Assembly: GCA_009602725.1 (NCBI GenBank)
Contig: WELB01000025.1
Coordinates: forward strand, 628,014 to 648,013
Source of the DNA: Spirogloea muscicola
Taxonomy: Eukaryota
Direction of reading: 5' to 3'
Length of the DNA: 20,000 nt
Below the pieces are notes generated by a model that was given only the letters and a program-made list of their open reading frames with translations, did no database searches and had not been told where the DNA came from. The translations under genes were made by a program, and so were the position numbers. Below, one piece after another: positions 19,804-20,000 of the stretch (position 1 is its first letter; each line of letters starts with the position of its first letter).

Positions 19804-19930
19804 GCGGGTGTGCACCCTTGCCGCCGGAGGCAGCGACGGCGACGCGGTCGCCGGGCGAGAAGAGGCGCGCGGCGGCGATCGTGTCGTGGACCTCGCGCTC
19901 GAACGCCGCGAAGAAGCAGGCCTTGCACAC
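17077..19930 (-). CDS. CTU1: Cytoplasmic tRNA 2-thiolation protein 1 (CTU1/NCS6/ROL5), 5' exon(s) outside the window; exons 19930-19816, 19692-19550, 19067-18948, 18745-18633, 18441-18349, 18059-18019, 17914-17848, 17602-17491, 17271-17077
   Basis: CKACFF..FE.EVH.TI, PP-loop [112 protein letters not shown]; exon sum 999 nt is in frame to TGA at 17079-17077. Confidence 0.96.
18060..18348 (-). other. U12-type (minor spliceosome) AT-AC intron in CTU1
   Basis: Donor ATATCCTG at 18348, branch site TCCTTGAC at 18090-18083, acceptor CAC ending at 18060; splicing rebuilds the ATG of EIV-M-YAYF. Confidence 0.93.
19260..19470 (-). mobile_element. 3'-end copy of the RLE retroelement family inside a CTU1 intron (19068-19549)
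   Basis: Encodes AAASGSRR / [11 protein letters not shown] (cf. AAASGSRR...AASYSDLMLLT); 19391-19464 aligns with 6813-6885; hairpin gggctagccatccacagccc at 19295-19276. Confidence 0.85.
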
Positions 19931-20000
19931 CTGCGCGCCGCGCTCACCGCCGCCGTCGCCGCCGCCGTGAGCACCGTCGCCGTCGCCGCCGTGAGGCGCC

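Noticed and set aside
17077..19930. Bacterial TtcA/TilS or horizontal transfer
   Set aside because: Intron-rich and carries CTU1-specific motifs ([21 protein letters not shown], terminal CxxC pairs)

Overview
GC-rich, intron-rich eukaryotic DNA, most likely from a streptophyte green alga or plant-lineage genome. This is an inference from a type II metacaspase, plant-like half-size ABCG genes, TTTAGGG telomere-type repeats and a U12 intron. Left to right: (1) a complete six-exon type II metacaspase (minus, 102-3724, ~724 aa) with a greatly expanded Gly/Tyr/Pro/His-rich linker. (2) A 3.8-kb cluster (4009-7850) of diverged, 5'-truncated non-LTR retrotransposon pieces of the restriction-like endonuclease (RLE, CRE-like) type, in both orientations. 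It includes one uninterrupted 436-codon ORF lacking the RT core, and many copies of a shared 3' tail with a GGGCTG-loop-CAGCCC hairpin. (3) Two paralogous half-size ABCG transporter genes arranged head-to-head across a 470-N gap (minus 8043-11873; plus <=12511-16331). (4) CTU1 (minus, 17077 to >19930), which needs one AT-AC (U12) intron and one or two GC-AG introns, and carries another piece of the same retroelement family in an intron. All exon boundaries were read by hand and family calls rest on remembered motifs; no database search was run.
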